Shown here: positions 52,280-64,000 of the stretch, piece after piece
Numbering within the stretch: position 1 is the first letter of the stretch
Layout: every line of letters starts with the position of its first letter
NCBI RefSeq assembly: GCF_004010195.1
Contig: NC_057749.1
Coordinates: 19,027,538 to 19,091,537, forward strand
Length of the DNA stretch: 64,000 bases
Direction: 5' to 3'
Source: Chiloscyllium plagiosum
Taxonomy: Eukaryota
Notes under the pieces: generated by a model
Databases searched by the model: none
Seen by the model: the letters and a program-made list of their open reading frames with translations, nothing else
What the model was told of the DNA's origin: nothing
Program-made: the position numbers and the translations under genes

Positions 52280-54089
52280 CCATTTTATTTCACTACAACT
52301 GAAATGATTGGTGACTTGCAATTGGATAACTTGGATGTATTTCCTATATTACAGAGGATGAACATTGCCTTCCATAGTACTTCGGTAGTTGCGTCACACT
52401 TTAGGACATTCTGACGTTGTGAAAGGTGCTTTATAAATGCAAGTCTTTCCTCCTGGATTTGACCTTTGGGTTATTTCCATCAACATTTGATGGAACACCT
52501 CCTAGTCCAACCTGCAATTAAAAAGATTTTGCACTTGAGTTATCAGTCACCCAGAAATATCAAGCAAGCTTTGTTTAGAGGAGGCAGCCAGGCCCTGCAG
52601 CTGAGTTTACACCAAGTTATATTGAATCAGAAGAGTTACTGATTATTTTTGGGTTGTGCTGACTCTCCTTGTGATGGGAAGCCAGGCGTTTGACCTTGAA
52701 GGCACTTAATCTGTGAGCTCACACCCAGCTTTTTGGACCATGTATATCCAGGTGGAACAGTTTCCAGCAGATATTCTCTATCCCCTTGGTGTCAGTGCAA
52801 CACACACTACCTCATAAATGTATACTCAAGGACCACCACTCATTCCTATGGAATGAAAGTCAAAGTTGGAGAGTCAACACTTGGTAAACTATCTCAAGAG
52901 CTGAGTAACTGCACCAAGTAACAAAGACGATAGACTTCAGACTGACTTTATTTTGAACCTTCAGGTGTGTGTTTTTTTTGTCAGCTAACATCTGGATGTG
53001 TAAGACAATTTCCTGATGGATCAGACTTCCTGTGAAAGCATCATCAAGTATGTAAAGGTGCTATATAAATGCAAGCTTGTTCAGTGCATCTTCTGAAATG
53101 ATGCGAGTAAAGCTTCTGTTCTCCCATTGTGAGACGTTGACTTCAGTTGTTTTGAGAGAAATATCCTCGTACAAGTCTCAGCCTTTGGGAAGAAAACTGC
53201 AGATCAAATATATTTTAAATGAATGTATTGGCTTAAAATGTAGCACAGAGCTCTGCAAAGAATATATCTGTTCCTACAAACTCCACATTGCGCAAATGGA
53301 GAAACATTGAAGAGATTATGGTTATAGTTGCACCTTAATAGGGGAAGGTCAGTATGATGTTAGTTGAAGTTATTCTGGACACAAAGACTGCAAAAATGAC
53401 CAGTTGTTCTAGTTAGTGTTGGTTTGGGGAAGGATTTTTGGTGAGCACATTGGGCTCTCTGGTATCCACCCGTAAGAAAACTAGCTTTAATAGAGGGATC
53501 AGGAATATTTAGTGACATTTTTATTATGAAGTTGTACACATTTCCTCAGCTAAATAGGAAGCTTCGGGGAGGCCTGCATCAAAGGAGCCTGGAGGCTGAG
53601 CTCTGAGCTGTTCACAGCTTCAGGATTTAATCTTCCATTGCTGCCCTCTCCCAAAGTGTTGTGGGTGCTTCATATTGATGCGTTGTGGAAGTGTCTCCAT
53701 TTCACTTGAGAATTATTCTTGGATCACACCAGCCAGGCAACAGCACCAAGTCCAAGTCTCTCCCTCGTGTTTTCATAATGCGGGAAGTTTGAATGTTTGG
53801 CCCCGAATGGCCAGGCAGGTGTCTCTAATGTGAGTACGTGCTCGGCTCCGGTAAAGAGCTCTGATTTGTTGCCATGTTCATTCTGTCCTTGAATCCTCGT
53901 GTCCCGTAAATACTGACCTTCTGAAAGCAACTATCTCAAACCAAAATAACAGCAAAATACTGCAGACACTGGCAATCTGAAACAAAGTGCTGGAGAAGCA
54001 GCAGGTCAGGTAGCATCCGGGTAGGTAGATAGACAGACAGTTAATGTTGCAAGTTCAAAATGATTCCTTTTCACTTTCCTTGTAAGACA

Positions 54090-54470
54090 TGGTTCGATGG
54101 TGTAAATGTAATGTCACTGTGCACTAGTAATTAAGAAGCCTACTGTAACTCTTTGGGGACATGGGTTCAAATACCTTCATGGCAGCTGCTGGAATTTAAC
54201 AAATGAATAAATCTAGTAATAAGAGATCCATTAATAATGGTAGCCATAAAACTGTCATCAACTGTATATAGAAAAAAACATGTTCATAAAAGTCCTTTTA
54301 AGAAAGGACATGTTAAACCCTTACTTGGTCTTACATGTGACTCCAGAGCCAGAGTGATTGTGGTTGACTCTTACCTATTTTCTGAAATGGTCTAACAACC
54401 CGCTGCATTCAAGTGCAGTTGGGATGGGCAATAAATATTGGCCTTGCCAGTGACCCCCACAGTACTTGAA
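54090..54470 (+). mobile_element. Old tRNA-derived SINE (unnamed family; other relics at 1-500, 31010-31200 and 57820-58020)
   Basis: Head with ggttcaaatac (B-box-like) and a recurring tail gggatgggcaataaat...ggccttgccagtgac. Confidence 0.6.
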
Positions 54471-54939
54471 AAAATAACAAAAACGTACATCTGCCGCAAT
54501 TCCTCTGCTCATCAGATCTAGGGTTTTTAAAAGCACTTTACTTAGAAAGCAAAGCATCAGAATCAGAGGTATCTCGATTAGAAATTCAAGCATTTCCTGA
54601 ATTCCATAAAACATATCATCATCATGTTCAGTCTGTATTGATTAGAATCTTGTTCCATGTTCTGGCTTTTACTAAAAATGTTAAGATCAAAATGGAATAT
54701 GATCCAGAATGAAGGGAGTGAAAAATATACATCAGTGTGTGTCATAAGAGTAAGTATGAATAGAATGATATAATGAGTGGTGAGTCCCAGCAAAACAATG
54801 AGTGTTGAACACTGATGAATCTGAATCTGAGATGAATGCAAAGGACATGGAACATAGAGATGGGCACTGCAGTAAGTTTTTTTTATTAAGATTCTTCAAT
54901 GAAAGTGGAAGAGAAAGGCTGAATGTAATCCAAAGACTC

Positions 54940-55965
54940 TTGATTGAGTTTTTTGAAGAAGTAACAAAGAGGATTGATAACGGCAGAGCGGTAGATGTGA
55001 TCTATATGGACTTCAGTAAGACGTTCAACAAAGTTCCCCATGGGAGACTGATTAGCAAGGTTAGATCTCATGGAATACAGGGAGAACTAGCCATTTGGAT
55101 ACAGAACTGGCTCAAAGGAAGAAGACAGAGGGTGATGGTGGAGGGTCGTTTTTCAGACTTGAGGCCTGTGACCAGTGGAGTGCCACAAGGATCAGTGCTG
55201 GACCTCTACTTTTTGTCATTTATGTAAATGATTTGGATGCAAGCATAAGAGGTACAGTTAGTAAGTTTGCAGATGGCACCAAAATTGGAGGTGTAGTGGA
55301 CAGCGAAGAGGGTTACCTCAGATTACAACAGGATCTGGACCAGATGGGCCAATGGGCTGAGAAGTGGTTATTGGTCAGAGTATTGAGTACAGGAGTTGCA
55401 GGACATTGGTTAGGCCATTATTGGAATGTTGCGTGCAATTCTGATCTCCTTCGTATTGGAAAGATGTTGTGAAACTTGAAAGGGTTCAGAAAAGATTTAC
55501 AAGAATGTTGCCAGGGTTGGAGGATCTGAGCTACAGGGAGAGGCTGAACAGGCTGGGGCTGTTTTCCCTGGAGCGTCAGATGCTGAGGGGTGACCTTATA
55601 GAGGTTTACAAAATTATAAGGGGCATGGATAGGATAAATAGGCAAAGTCTTTTCCCTGGGGTCGGGAAGTCCAGAACGAGAGGGGAAAGATATAAAAGAG
55701 AACTAAGGGGCAACCTTTTCACGTAGAGGGTGGTGCGTGTATGGAATGAACTGCCAGAGGATGTGGTGGAGGCTGGTACAATTGCAACATTTAAGAGGCA
55801 TTTGGATGGGTATATGAATAGGAAAGGTTTGGAGGGATATGGGCCTGGTGCTGGTGGGTGGGACTAGATTGGGTTGGGATATCTGATCAGCATGGAAGAC
55901 CCTTCTGGGAAAGAAATCTGCTGTTGGACCGAAGAGTCTGTTTCCGTGCTGTACATCTCTATGAC
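54940..55965 (+). mobile_element. CR1/HER1-type LINE 3' fragment with internal deletions
   Basis: LIEFFEEVTK...DFSKTFNKVPH...GVPQGSVL...KFADGTK...RVQKRFTRMLP; tail catctctatgact. Confidence 0.93.
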
Positions 55966-56016
55966 TTCAAACATAAAATATCAATATAGTCACAGGAAGA
56001 CAGAATGCTCATTTTC

Positions 56017-56166
56017 ATAGAATCCATACAGTGTGGAAACAGGCCATTTGGCCCAACAAGTCCACACCGACCCTCCATATTTGGTCTGGGGGAGAGATCT
56101 GGACCCCTTGGAGGAAATCTGGGTCCCTGGTGCTGTGAGGCAGCAGTGCTAACCAATGTGCCACCA
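56017..56166 (-). mobile_element. Internally deleted HE1-type SINE
   Basis: Head and tail present; the V-domain is replaced by about 38 nt of other sequence. Confidence 0.8.
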
Positions 56167-56229
56167 TACTGCAATGCAACAGATAAACTTGACAAAACTT
56201 AATCTAGCAAGCTTAAGTTATATCTCACC

Positions 56230-56636
56230 TTCCACCCCACCAACCTCCGTGTATCACATCATCCTCTGTCATTTCCGCCACCTACAAATGGACCCCACCA
56301 CCAGATATATATTTCCCTCCCCACTCCTATCTGCTTTCCGTAAAGACTTGTTTCCTCATCAGGTCCATGCCCACCCTCCCCTCCCAGCTCTTTCCCCTAC
56401 CACTGTAGGAATTGCAAAACCTGTGCCCACACCTCCCCCCACCCAAGGCACCAAAGGAGCCTTCCATATCCTTCAAAGTTTCACCCGCACTTCCACACGT
56501 CATTTACTGTATCCGTTTCTCCTGATTTGGTCTCCTCTACATTGGGGAGACTGGACGCCTTCACGCAGAGCGCTTTAGGGAACATCTCCAGGACACCCGT
56601 ACCAACCAACCCCACTGTCCCATGGCCGAACATTTC
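56230..56636 (+). mobile_element. Penelope-like element GIY-YIG endonuclease pseudogene fragment (P1)
   Basis: HCRNCKTCAH Cys-rich linker, then VIYCIRFS*FGLLYIGETGRLHAERFREHLQDTRTNQPHCPMAEHF (56499-56636); interrupted at 56637 by a minus-strand CR1 3' end that runs into a gap. Confidence 0.88.
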
Positions 56637-56737
56637 CATAAGACCGTAAGACATAGGAGTGGAAGTAAGGCCATTCGGCCCATCGAGTCCACTCCGCCAT
56701 TCAATCATGGCTGATGGGCATTTCAATTCCACTTACC

Positions 56738-57348
56738 NNNNNNNNNNNNNNNNNNNNNNNNNNNNNNNNNNNNNNNNNNNNNNNNNNNNNNNNNNNNNNN
56801 NNNNNNNNNNNNNNNNNNNNNNNNNNNNNNNNNNNNNNNNNNNNNNNNNNNNNNNNNNNNNNNNNNNNNNNNNNNNNNNNNNNNNNNNNNNNNNNNNNNN
56901 NNNNNNNNNNNNNNNNNNNNNNNNNNNNNNNNNNNNNNNNNNNNNNNNNNNNNNNNNNNNNNNNNNNNNNNNNNNNNNNNNNNNNNNNNNNNNNNNNNNN
57001 NNNNNNNNNNNNNNNNNNNNNNNNNNNNNNNNNNNNNNNNNNNNNNNNNNNNNNNNNNNNNNNNNNNNNNNNNNNNNNNNNNNNNNNNNNNNNNNNNNNN
57101 NNNNNNNNNNNNNNNNNNNNNNNNNNNNNNNNNNNNNNNNNNNNNNNNNNNNNNNNNNNNNNNNNNNNNNNNNNNNNNNNNNNNNNNNNNNNNNNNNNNN
57201 NNNNNNNNNNNNNNNNNNNNNNNNNNNNNNNNNNNNNNNNNNNNNNNNNNNNNNNNNNNNNNNNNNNNNNNNNNNNNNNNNNNNNNNNNNNNNNNNNNNN
57301 NNNNNNNNNNNNNNNNNNNNNNNNNNNNNNNNNNNNNNNNNNNNNNNN
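56738..57348. other. Assembly gap (also 12377-12382 and 26550-26621)
   Basis: Runs of N. Confidence 1.
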
Positions 57349-58114
57349 AAGTGTCTTTTGTCCACTAAGCAGATGCATGAAATGTCCTGAGGAAAGATAC
57401 AACCCATGTGTTCCAATAATATCAGTGATGGTTGGAGCACAGGCTCACATCTTTGTTGAGAGAAGGTGACTGAAAGTTACATATTGAGGGGAAACAAGAT
57501 TGCAGGATCAGAAATGGTGGAGTTGGGGGACATAGTGTTCTTAGAAGAGAAGATAGGTGCACAGTAGGGTAAAATCCCAAAGATATTTGTAGATGGTAAA
57601 CATTTTCAAAGTGATACATTGGGAAGTATACAAAAATTGACGAGGAGGGTTTGTAGAGATTTCAGAGAAAGATGCAGAATACAAGTTAGAGTTTGTACGA
57701 TTAGGGACTTGTGGGAAACGTTAAAGAATTGAAACTTGAATGGGGTGATATTGTGAAGGTGATGAATGTATGGTCCTGTGGAAGAATCAATTTTGGATCA
57801 AATTAATCTAATTCCAGCCAGAAAGTCATTGTTGATCATCATAAAAACCCTTCTGGGAAAGAAATCTGCTGTTCTTGCAGGGTCTGGCCTAAATGTGGCT
57901 CCAGAATCAGGGGAAGGTAGTTAAACAGCTGTCTCAAATGGACAAGCAAGCTCCTAAGCTCAAGGGCAGTCAGGGATGGGTAATTGCTGGATTTGCCAGT
58001 GATGTATACATCTCGTGACAAAATAAAAATAAAACAACACTGTCGAATTTAGCTTTGTGAAGCTGGTAGAATGGGACAGGGGAATAGGGTGCAGTAACTG
58101 TTTGAGAGCCAAAT

Positions 58115-58718
58115 AGAGTCATAGAGATGTACATGGAAACAGACCTTTCGGTCCAACCTGTCCATGTTGACCAGATATCCCAACCCAATCGAGTCCCATC
58201 TGCCAGCACCCATCCCATATCCCTCCAAACCCTTCCAATTCATATAACCATCCTCATGCCTCTTAAATGTTGCAATTGTACCAGCCTCCACCACTTCCTC
58301 TGGCAGCTCATTCCATACACGTACCACCCTCTGTGTGAAAAAGTTGCCCCGTAGGTCTCTTTACTATCTTTCCCCTCTCACCCTAAACCTATGCCCTCTA
58401 GTTCTGGACTCCTCGACTCCAGAGAAAAGACTTTTGCCTATTTATCCTATCCATGCCCCTCATAATTTTGTAAACCTCTATAAAGGTCACCCCTCAGCCT
58501 CCCACGCTCCAGGGAAAACAGCCCCAGCCTGTTCAGCCTCTCCCTATAGCTCAAATCCGCCAACCCTGTAAATCTTTTCCGAACCCTTTCAAGTTTCACA
58601 ACATCTTTCCGATAGGAAGGAGACCAAAATTGCACGCAATATTCGAACAGTGGCCTAATCAATGTCCTGTACAGCCGCAACATGACCTCCCAACTCCTGT
58701 ACTCAACACTCTGACCAA
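58115..58718 (-). mobile_element. CR1/HER1-type LINE 3' fragment
   Basis: LYRTLIRPLFEYCVQFWSPSYRKDVVKLERV on the minus strand. Confidence 0.93.
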
Positions 58719-59387
58719 TAAGAAATGGAAATATATAGTTTATACAGTTGTCATGATATGGAATGCAGTACCTCAATTAAAGTTCAAATCCAGCATGAAC
58801 TGTTTCAGTGGATTTTTCTGGGTTAATTTACTGTTTGAAAACAGATTCACCTGATTTGACATTTCATTGACAGCCTGAAACAGGAGACCAACAGTCACAA
58901 AAAATAGAAACATTAGTTGAGATGGAAGGCAGAGGTATCTCTGGCAGAAGATCGGCTTATTATGACAAGTGAATCAGCTGCGTCTGCTTAATTTGTTCCT
59001 TGAGTGATGTGCAATTGTGATTGAATACATTGTGTCCAACTCCTGATTTAGTTTGTTTCAGATCACAGCCATTGCTATCTCCTGGGTATGCCTATGAGAA
59101 CATTTGTGTCTATCTGTTCATTATTAAATACTGGAAAGGTCAGACCTTAGAGTGAAACCTGACTTGATAGATCATTTATTCTTATTATTTATCATAGAGG
59201 TCAGTCACTGAACATATCCTTAAAGATCTTCAAATGTACCTTTATCAAAAATAAATAAGTTTATTACATGAAAGGACGGACTATTTCACACTGTACAAGA
59301 GCTACTGGACTAATCTCATTAAAGCCATCAGAAAGATTCAACCTTTTTATCACTGCAATACCCTCATAGATACTTCAGCCTCCGTGC

Positions 59388-59890
59388 AGTCATAGAGATG
59401 TACAGCATGGAATCAGACCCTTCGGTCCAACCCGTCCATGCTGACCAGATATCCCAACCCAATCTAGTCCCACCTGCTAGCACCATATCCCTCCAAACCC
59501 TTCTTATTCATATACCCATCCAAATGCCTCTTAAATGTTGCAATTGTACCAGCCTCCACCATATCCTCTGGTAGCTCATTCCATACACGTACCACCCTCT
59601 GCGTGAAAAAGTTGCCCCTTAGGTCTTTATATCTTTCCCCTCTCGCCCTAAACCTTTTGCCCTCTAGTTCTGGACTCCCCGACCCCAGGGAAAAGACTTG
59701 GCCTATTTACCTTATCCATGCCCCTCATAATTTTGTAAACCTCTATAAGGTCACCCCTCAGCCTCCGACGCTCCAGGGAAAACAGCCCCAGCCTGTTCAG
59801 CCTCTCCCCATAGCTCAGATCCTCCAACCCTGGCAACATCTTTGTAAATCTTTTCTGAACCCTTTCAAGTTTCACAACATCTTTCTGATA
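59388..59890 (-). mobile_element. CR1/HER1-type LINE 3' fragment
   Basis: KDVVKLERVQKRFTKMLPGLEDLSY on the minus strand. Confidence 0.93.
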
Positions 59891-60724
59891 GACAATTCTG
59901 GTATCCTTCCTATCTCTACGTGAAAGCTTCTTAGTCTGGTGGCATGAGTACAGTTCTCCTGATAGAAATTGCTGCACATTCATTCAATTATGTTTTCTTC
60001 AGTTCATGCCTCTCACTGAGACCTTTAAAAGTGCTAACTCAGCTGAATTATTCCTTAACATGGGTTTTCTTTACACTTGTGTTCAATAGAATGGTTTTCT
60101 TCCTGATACCTCAAAAGTCTTCTGCTTCTGGAGCTTTCATCTTATTGATCCAAGATCTCAGGACTTCTTCCCAGAGACACCAGAGGTAACGGTGTAGGAG
60201 TGGGGAGAGAGCCGATTCCTGGAGGTCCTCTGGCTATGATTAGCTAGAAGCAGGCAAGGCCAGTGCCAACCACCAAGAGAACATGTTGGAGGAGGTTGAT
60301 AAGTCAGGCTACAAGAGGGAATAGTTCACCCTTAGTTCAGGCACAGAGGATGCCACTTGTAACTTTGGAGGCAAGGAGGCAGGTTCTGAACATGGTAGGA
60401 GCCAAGAGGTTTTTTTTTGAGGGGATAAAGATGACAATTCTAAAGGAGAGAGCGACCAATACCTTTGGTTGAGGTGGAGTGGAGATTGGTTGGCAATTTG
60501 GTGGGAATAGGGTGGAGAGAGCAGGAAGTTAATCCCATGCACAACATGAGCTCAGGGAGAGCATGAAGGAAGATAGAGAAACTAAAGAAAAATACAAGTT
60601 CATGACCTGAGTAGGTGAAAACTTCAGGTGAATTGAACCCATTGAAACTGGAAGCGAGGGATATGGCAGAGGCAACTATTTAGATTGTCTAAATCTTAGC
60701 GACTAAAGTCCAGTGTCTCAGAAA

Positions 60725-62950
60725 TCAGCACAGCGTGTCTGCAGCAGTAAAAAACAACCACCTAACTATTCTAATCCCAATTTCCAGCACTTGGCCTTGT
60801 GTGCTTGGTAGTGTTGGAAAATGGGATGAGAGTCTAAATACTACTTCAATGTCGTGGGTTTCTGCCTCAACCACCCTTGCAAGCAGTGAATTCCAGATTC
60901 CCACCTTGAAAAAGTTTTTGTTATGCACACCAAGGTCCCTCTGATCCTCGGTGCTTCCCAGGGTCCTACTGTTCATCATAGATCCTCGTGTCATCATTGT
61001 CCTGCCCAAGTGCATTACCTCACATTTATCCAGATCGAATTCTATATGTCACTGATCAGCCCCACCTGACCAGCTTGTAATTAAGGCTAGCCTCTTCACA
61101 ACTTACCTTACCATCAATTTTCGCACCATTTGCAAACTTACTGAACAGCCCTCCTACATTCAAGTCAAACTCATTTACCTAAACTACAAACATGAGCTCT
61201 CCCCCCGCCCAAATCATGACCCCTGTAGGACCCCATTGGATATAGACTTGCAACTGGAAAAACATTCCTCAACCATCACCCTCAGTGTCACTGAGCCAAT
61301 TGTGGATCTCATTTGCTAAATTTCCTTGGATCACACCTTGGCTATCAGTCTCTCATGTTAGGCCTTACCAAACACCTTGCTGAAGTCCAAGTAGACTACA
61401 TTGAAACCATTGCCCTCATCTACACACCTGGATACACCTCTTCGAAAAATTCAGTCAAATTGATCGGACGTTACTTCCCCTTAACAAAACTATACTGATT
61501 GTTCTTCATTAATCCCTACTTCTCCAGATGCAGATTAATTCTATGCCTCAGAATTGCTTCCAATAGTGTCCCAACTGGAGGTTAGACTGATTTAGCCTGT
61601 AGTTTCCTAGTTTATCCCTTGCTCCCATGTCGAATAACGATAGTACGTTGCCTGTCCTCCAGTCCTCTAGCTTTTCTCCTGTGGTCAGAGAGAAATTGAA
61701 AAGTTTTGCAAGCACCACTGCTTTTCCTCCCTTGCCTCAATTAACAACCTGGGATACATTCCACCTGGCCCAGGAGTTTTATCTAATTTAATCTGCCAGA
61801 CACTCAGAAGCTCTTCTCTGTGTTAATTTCTTTAATTCTCTCAAAGACCTTCTCCCTAATTTCCATATCCATATCATCCCTCTCACTAATGAAAACTGAC
61901 TCAAAGTATCCATTTAGAATCCTACCTACCTCCTCTGGCTCCACGATCAAATTTCTGCTGTGCTCCTCAGTATCATTTTACACTTAATGTATCTTAAAAA
62001 CAGCTCAGGATTTTCCTTTATTCTGTCACGATCCTTTCACACCCAACTCTCTGAATCTCCCTTTTCAAGTTCCCTCTTGCATATTCTATACTCCTCTGGG
62101 ACTTCTACTGTTTTCAGCCCTCAGTATCCACCATCTGCCTCCCAATTTCTCTTAATCCAACGCTGGACATCCCTCGATATCCAGGATGCCTTTTAAGAAT
62201 TCCACTCCCTTTCACATCTTGACTACTCCAGTTAACGTTGGGAAAGATGAACTCCCCAACTGTAACCATCTAGTTACTTCTATACATCTGCACTGTGCCT
62301 ACATATTTGCTGTTCTATTTCTCTCAGGCTATTAGGGGCACTGTAGTACACTCCCAGCAATGTAATTGGTCTGTTTTTGGTTTTTAAGTTCTATCCATAT
62401 GGCTTCATTTGAGGATCTGCCTAAAATGTCATCCCTCCTTACTGCTGTAATTGATTCTCTGATCAAAACTGCAACATCTCCTCTTCTTTTTCCTGCTTCC
62501 CTGTCTCTCCTGAAGACCTTCTATTCTGGAATATAGAGCTGCCAATCTTGTCCCCTTCACAATCATGTCTCGTTAACAGGAATTACACCACTACCTCATG
62601 TTTTAATTTGTGCCCTCAACTTATCTGTCTTGTTCATGAGGCTCTTGGAATTAAAGTAGATGCTTTGACTCACTTGTTGGGAATCTTCTCATTTTGGTTG
62701 TACATCTCCCACCTGCTGAACATTCTCTGGATCACATTCCCTGCCAATTTAGTTTAAATGTGGAGGAGCCAGTGTTGGACTGGGGTGGACAAAGTTAAGT
62801 CACACAACACCCGGTTATAGTCTAACAGGTTTATTTGGAAGCACTAGTTTTCGGAGCACCGCTCCTTTGTCAGTTACCTGATGAACCAAATAAACCTGTT
62901 GGACTATAATCTGGTGTCGTGTGATTTTTAATTTAGTTTAAACCCTACCC
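60725..62950 (-). mobile_element. Old, degraded longer CR1-type LINE
   Basis: Decayed RT motifs on the minus strand (tttgcaaatggtgc, ctacttggacttcagcaagg, ggactggaggacaggcaacgt). Confidence 0.7.
62759..62929. mobile_element. P2 fold-back tail element with deleted right-arm ribozyme core
   Basis: Inverted arms ttatagtctaacaggtttatttgg / ccaaataaacctgttggactataa; 13-bp TSD AATTTAGTTTAAA at 62746-62758 and 62930-62942. Confidence 0.85.
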
Positions 62951-62954
62951 AACA

Positions 62955-63297
62955 GTCATAGTCATAGAGGTCTACAACATGGAAACAGGCCCTTCAGCCC
63001 AACTTGCCTATGCAGCCCAATTTTCACAATTAAACTCAGCCCATTTGCCTGCATTTGGGCCCTGTCCCTCCAGACCTATCCCATGCATGTACTTGTCTAA
63101 ATGTTTCTTAAATGATGAAATTGGATTGCCTCCACTGCTACCTCTGGCAGCCCATTCCAGACACTCGCTACCTCTGGCAGCCCATTCCAGACACTCACCA
63201 CCTACTATGTGAAAGAATTACCCCTCTGCACCCCTCTCTCTTCTCACCTTAAACCTATGCCCTGGGGAAAAGCTGTTGGCTATCTACCTTATCTATG
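62955..63297 (-). mobile_element. CR1-type LINE 3' end with a 30-bp tandem duplication (63137-63196)
   Basis: Tail catagtcatagaggtctacaacatggaaacagg; (gctacctctggcagcccattccagacactc)2. Confidence 0.85.
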
Positions 63298-63299
63298 TC

Positions 63300-64000
63300 G
63301 ATGCAGATAAATGTGAGGTGATTCACTTTGGGAAGAATAACAGGAAGGCAGAATATTGGTCAATGGAAAAATTCTTGTTAGTGTGGATGTGCAGAGGGAT
63401 CGTGGTGTTCATGTACATAGATCCCTGAAAGTTGCCACCCACATTGATGGTGCTGTTCAGAAGGTATGCAGTGTGTTAGGTTTTATTGGTAGAGGGATTG
63501 AGTTCCGGAGCTGTGATGTCATGCTGCAACTGGACAAAGTGCCAGTGGTCGCCCCATTACAGGAAGGATGTGGAAGAATTGGAAAAGGTGCAGAGGAGAT
63601 TTACCAGGATGTTGCCTGGTCTGGAGGGAAGGTCTTTTGAGGAAAGGCTGACAGTCATGAGTCTGTTCTCATTGGAGAGAAGAAGGCTAAGAGGGGATTT
63701 AATAAAGGGATACAAAATGATCAGAGGATTAGATAGGGTGGACAATGAGAGTCTTTTTCCTAGGATGCTAACGTCAGCGGATACGAGGGGGCAAGTTGAG
63801 GGGTGATAGATTTAAGACAGATGTCAGAGACCAGTTCTTTCCTCAGAGTGGTAAGGGCGTGGAATGCCCTGCCCACCAATATAGTTAACTCAGCCACATT
63901 AGGGGCATTTAAGCAGTCCTTGGATAAGCATATGGATGATGATGGGATAGTGTAGGGAGATGGGCTTAGATTAGTTCACAGGTCGGTGCAGCATGAAGGG
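63300..64000 (+). mobile_element. CR1-type LINE 3' fragment, continuing past the window end
   Basis: DKCEVIHFG...WSPHYRKDVEELEKVQRRFTRMLPGLE. Confidence 0.92.

Noticed and set aside
56659..57469. Longest ORFs in the track (233-251 aa)
   Set aside because: Composed almost entirely of X from the N gap.
52300..64000. A second host gene downstream of ptpn9
   Set aside because: No ORF with recognisable non-TE homology or convincing exon structure; small exons cannot be excluded by eye.

Overview
Eukaryotic (vertebrate) genomic DNA, almost certainly from a shark or other elasmobranch, inferred from HE1-type V-SINEs, HER1/CR1-type LINEs and a SacSINE1-like DeuSINE. The only host gene supported is the 3' part of ptpn9 (PTP-MEG2) on the + strand. 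It has six GT-AG coding exons (7936-8026, 15859-15928, 17705-17783, 22630-22780, 31520-31727, 43358-43548) that splice in frame to about 262 aa of an intact PTP domain ([23 protein letters not shown]). The Sec14-domain exons lie upstream of the window, and the 3' UTR may extend to about 52.3 kb. The rest is intronic or intergenic DNA rich in retroelements: CR1 LINE fragments, seven HE1 SINEs, older SINEs, an RTE fragment and a probable solo LTR. The most interesting layer is three unrelated families of Penelope-like element (PLE) tails. Many are short fold-back insertions with 7-14 bp target-site duplications, and all three families carry the same minimal, dimer-type hammerhead ribozyme architecture with co-varying helices. 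There are three assembly gaps. Almost all ORFs in the supplied track are non-coding or TE-derived. Repeat boundaries were read by eye and are approximate unless a TSD is cited.
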